A stretch of DNA of 64,000 bases from Azolla caroliniana. Taxonomy: Eukaryota > Plantae > Polypodiophyta. The stretch covers positions 9,672,001 through 9,736,000 of the forward strand of contig JBHGNT010000004.1 in assembly GCA_043228905.1 (NCBI GenBank), given 5' to 3'. Shown one piece after another: positions 61,490 to 64,000 of this stretch. Both the position numbers and the translations under genes were made by a program. The notes beneath the pieces are model-generated. The model worked only from the letters and a program-made list of their open reading frames with translations. It searched no databases and was not told the origin of the DNA. Numbering within the stretch: the stretch's first letter is position 1; the number at the start of each line of letters is the position of its first letter.

Positions 61490-64000
61490 CCACAAAACCA
61501 CAGTTTTAAGCCCATGGTTTCCTGCATGTTACAAAGCAAAACTGTGTGCATAGAAACCATGGCTCCAAGCCCATGGTTTTGTGCATGTACAAACCTATAA
61601 AACCCCTAGTTCGGCTTGTGTAAAGGGGGGACTCAATATGATATGACCATCATCATCACCATCAATAATAAAAGCTTCTATTTCTTCTTCTTCACATCTA
61701 TCTTGTAATTATTTATCTACTTCTGAAAGTGTACAATCTTAAATCTTCTGAAGTATAATAGGTCTTCCTCCAATCTTACATTCACATCGTCCTCTTCTCA
61801 ATACCTTGACGGATATCCTCCTTGGTCCAAGACCCCGGTGGTCCCGCTCAAGCGAAGCACGCTCGCACGCACATCTTCGCGACATTTTTGGTGAACCCGA
61901 CATGAAGAGCGGTAGGGGAGGATGAAGCTGGACGAGGAATATCTAATGAAGGCAATGTCAAAGATGATGATGGAGTTTTCAAGAGAAGGGAAAACACGAC
62001 ATGCGGCCCAACAAGCCGTCGAAAGCATGATCAAGCGAGTCGGGTTTTTCGATGGAGGAAAAGTCCAAAAATTTCTAAACGCCTACAATGCCGAAATGGA
62101 TTCAAGAGGAGTGGAGGAAGCAATGAGGCTGGAGTACTTTTGTCAAGTGGTGGCCGAACCAATCTTCGAAGAGATTAAAGAGATGCAAAAAACTCACGAT
62201 TCGTGGGTGTCCTTCAAAGAAGCTTTACGAGAGTCATATGGTTACGAAGAGCAAAAGGGACGAGGTCTGCATGAGTTTCACGAATGGGTGTCATCGAGAA
62301 AGACCCACCAGAGTGCTATGCATGCATTCGTTGAGTTTGAGTATCGCTTCGCTCAACTCTCGGACCAGGATCGAAGATTGGTGGGGGGGAATAAAGTTCT
62401 GATGTTTGTAAAGTCCATCGATCGGAATGAAAGGAAGACCATTGGAATCCAACTCGAGGATGACAATGGTGAAAATGGCCTCACTGAGGATTGGGCCAAA
62501 GTGGAAAGGGTATGCCGACAACACGATAAGAAGGAGATGAGACTCTCATCGACAACAACACGACCCACAAGGGATGTTCAAAGGAGAATGGGATGTGGCA
62601 ATAAAAACCCACTGAAGGAAGAAAGCTCGAAGAGGGAAGCTTCGAAAGAACTCAACATAGAAGCCTTGATGAGAGAGGCAATAATGAACTTAAAGGCACA
62701 AGTCGAGGTTGAAGAGAAGTTGAAAACAAAACCGAGCAAAATGGTGATCGACGAAGAGGAGACCTCCCGACAAATGCAGAATAATGGTGCAGCCAATAGG
62801 AAGGCCCAGGTTTGGTATGATAGTACCATGGGAGAAGGTGTGAAACAAGCCACCTTCTCAACTTATGGAGGAACGACGGTCGAGAGAAGGGCCGAAGACT
62901 CGAGTGCGGGAAATGCTGCTTTAAGAGTGGACGAGCATTTTAAAACACATGTTGTGTCCGAAATATCGAGTAATGAAGGTGCAAGCATGAGGGAAGCTTG
63001 CGTGATCAAGGGATGTAAAGAGTGCGAGGTCGACGTGATTGAGGCGGCAGCCATGAGAAACGACATCAAGTCGCAGATGGCTAAGGAAGAGTTCACGGCG
63101 GATGACCGTGTCGAGACTTTCCCAACACTTGATCTAGAGACTTGGGTAGTTGCGTCTGAGAGCCAACATGAAACCCAAGAGACGGAAAGTGGTGGGGAAG
63201 AAAATATTGAAGACAATGCGAATAACAACATTGAGCGAAAGATGGCTACGGATGAGAAGACGATGACCGATGGTGTCGAGGTTCTCCCCACATTTCTTCC
63301 TGAGACTTCGGCAGTTGTGCCCGAGTGTCAACGTGAGACCGGAGAGACGGAAGGTGACAGCAAGAAATCGAAGGACCAAAGTGGCAATGAGGACGATGAC
63401 CACAGACGAAGGGATCACTCCAGACCGGTTCCGAAGACTTCGGCAATTGTGCCCGAGAGCGAACATAAGACCGGAGAGATGGAAGGTGGCAACGAGGAGA
63501 TGAGGGTCGAAGCCGGCGCATACAGAAGAAGGGTTGCCAACAAGGAGGCCAAAAACAAAGCTACAATAGAGTTCGATGAAGAGCCAAAGATCAGCAAGAA
63601 AGGAAGAACTAGAATACAATCCGGATGGAAGATGACTCAGTTAGTATTCCGACCCGAACGGAAGCCGACCCGGACAAGAGTTGATCAACCAGGCCCGACG
63701 CAACTGAAAACCGGACGGAAACTAACCCGGACGAAAGTCGATCATCTTAGTCTGATTCGGCCGAATGCGAATTCGAACGGAGGCCGACCAAGCCAGAAGT
63801 TGATTGGTCGAGACCGATCCCGACAAAAGTTGAGCCGGCTTAGACAGAGGTCGAAGCAAACGAGCCCCGACATCCAATCGAGGATGTTGAGCATAAGGAA
63901 AGGCAAGCATGAGACGAGAAAGGATGATAAAGGAAAGTTAAGTGACCAAGGAGATGGCCGAGATGAAGGTGGCACGTGCACGAGGCATGAAGCGTTATGC
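61490..64000 (+). mobile_element. Trp-primed gag-only element: 5'-truncated LTR to 61884, PBS 61889-61905; runs off the window
   Basis: LTR matches 46637-47299; internal region matches 44296-46410. Confidence 0.9.
61922..64000 (+). CDS. Apparently open Gag plus extension ORF (>690 aa, no stop seen in window)
   Basis: MKLDEEYLMKAM... lacks the frameshift of the 44334 copy; its absence from the ORF track is consistent with no in-window stop. Confidence 0.7.
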   Translation, partial: MKLDEEYLMKAMSKMMMEFSREGKTRHAAQQAVESMIKRVGFFDGGKVQKFLNAYNAEMDSRGVEEAMRLEYFCQVVAEPIFEEIKEMQKTHDSWVSFKEALRESYGYEEQKGRGLHEFHEWVSSRKTHQSAMHAFVEFEYRFAQLSDQDRRLVGGNKVLMFVKSIDRNERKTIGIQLEDDNGENGLTEDWAKVERVCRQHDKKEMRLSSTTTRPTRDVQRRMGCGNKNPLKEESSKREASKELNIEALMREAIMNLKAQVEVEEKLKTKPSKMVIDEEETSRQMQNNGAANRKAQVWYDSTMGEGVKQATFSTYGGTTVERRAEDSSAGNAALRVDEHFKTHVVSEISSNEGASMREACVIKGCKECEVDVIEAAAMRNDIKSQMAKEEFTADDRVETFPTLDLETWVVASESQHETQETESGGEENIEDNANNNIERKMATDEKTMTDGVEVLPTFLPETSAVVPECQRETGETEGDSKKSKDQSGNEDDDHRRRDHSRPVPKTSAIVPESEHKTGEMEGGNEEMRVEAGAYRRRVANKEAKNKATIEFDEEPKISKKGRTRIQSGWKMTQLVFRPERKPTRTRVDQPGPTQLKTGRKLTRTKVDHLSLIRPNANSNGGRPSQKLIGRDRSRQKLSRLRQRSKQTSPDIQSRMLSIRKGKHETRKDDKGKLSDQGDGRDEGGTCTRHEALC

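Overview
Eukaryotic, transposon-saturated DNA. It is probably from a land plant, bryophyte-like by inference from the plant tRNA-iMet/Trp primer sites and Tcn1-type chromoviruses. No ordinary host gene is evident. About 85% is nested, mostly decayed LTR retrotransposons: three Ty1/Copia families, self-priming Tcn1-like chromoviruses, an iMet-primed chromovirus with a 1397-aa ORF, and a tRNA-Trp-primed Gypsy plus its gag-only non-autonomous relatives. There is also a LINE relic. Target-site duplications resolve nesting up to six levels deep. Main observations: (1) at ~54.4-60.9 kb, a putative DNA transposon pairs a DDD-type (Sola/DUF7869-like) transposase with a divergently transcribed, spliced, open ParB/Srx-like gene whose first intron holds a CpG-rich array of 25-bp palindromes; (2) tRNA-like Pol III A-box/B-box modules sit antisense in the U3 of five different Gypsy LTR families; (3) a ~55-nt hairpin with compensatory base changes occurs three times inside the ORF of each of four gag-only elements; (4) a chimeric three-LTR dimer is bounded by one 4-bp TSD; (5) a repeat/variable-spacer hairpin array lies in the 5' leader of a TG...TA-ended chromovirus. 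All calls were made by eye from motifs; no database searches were run.
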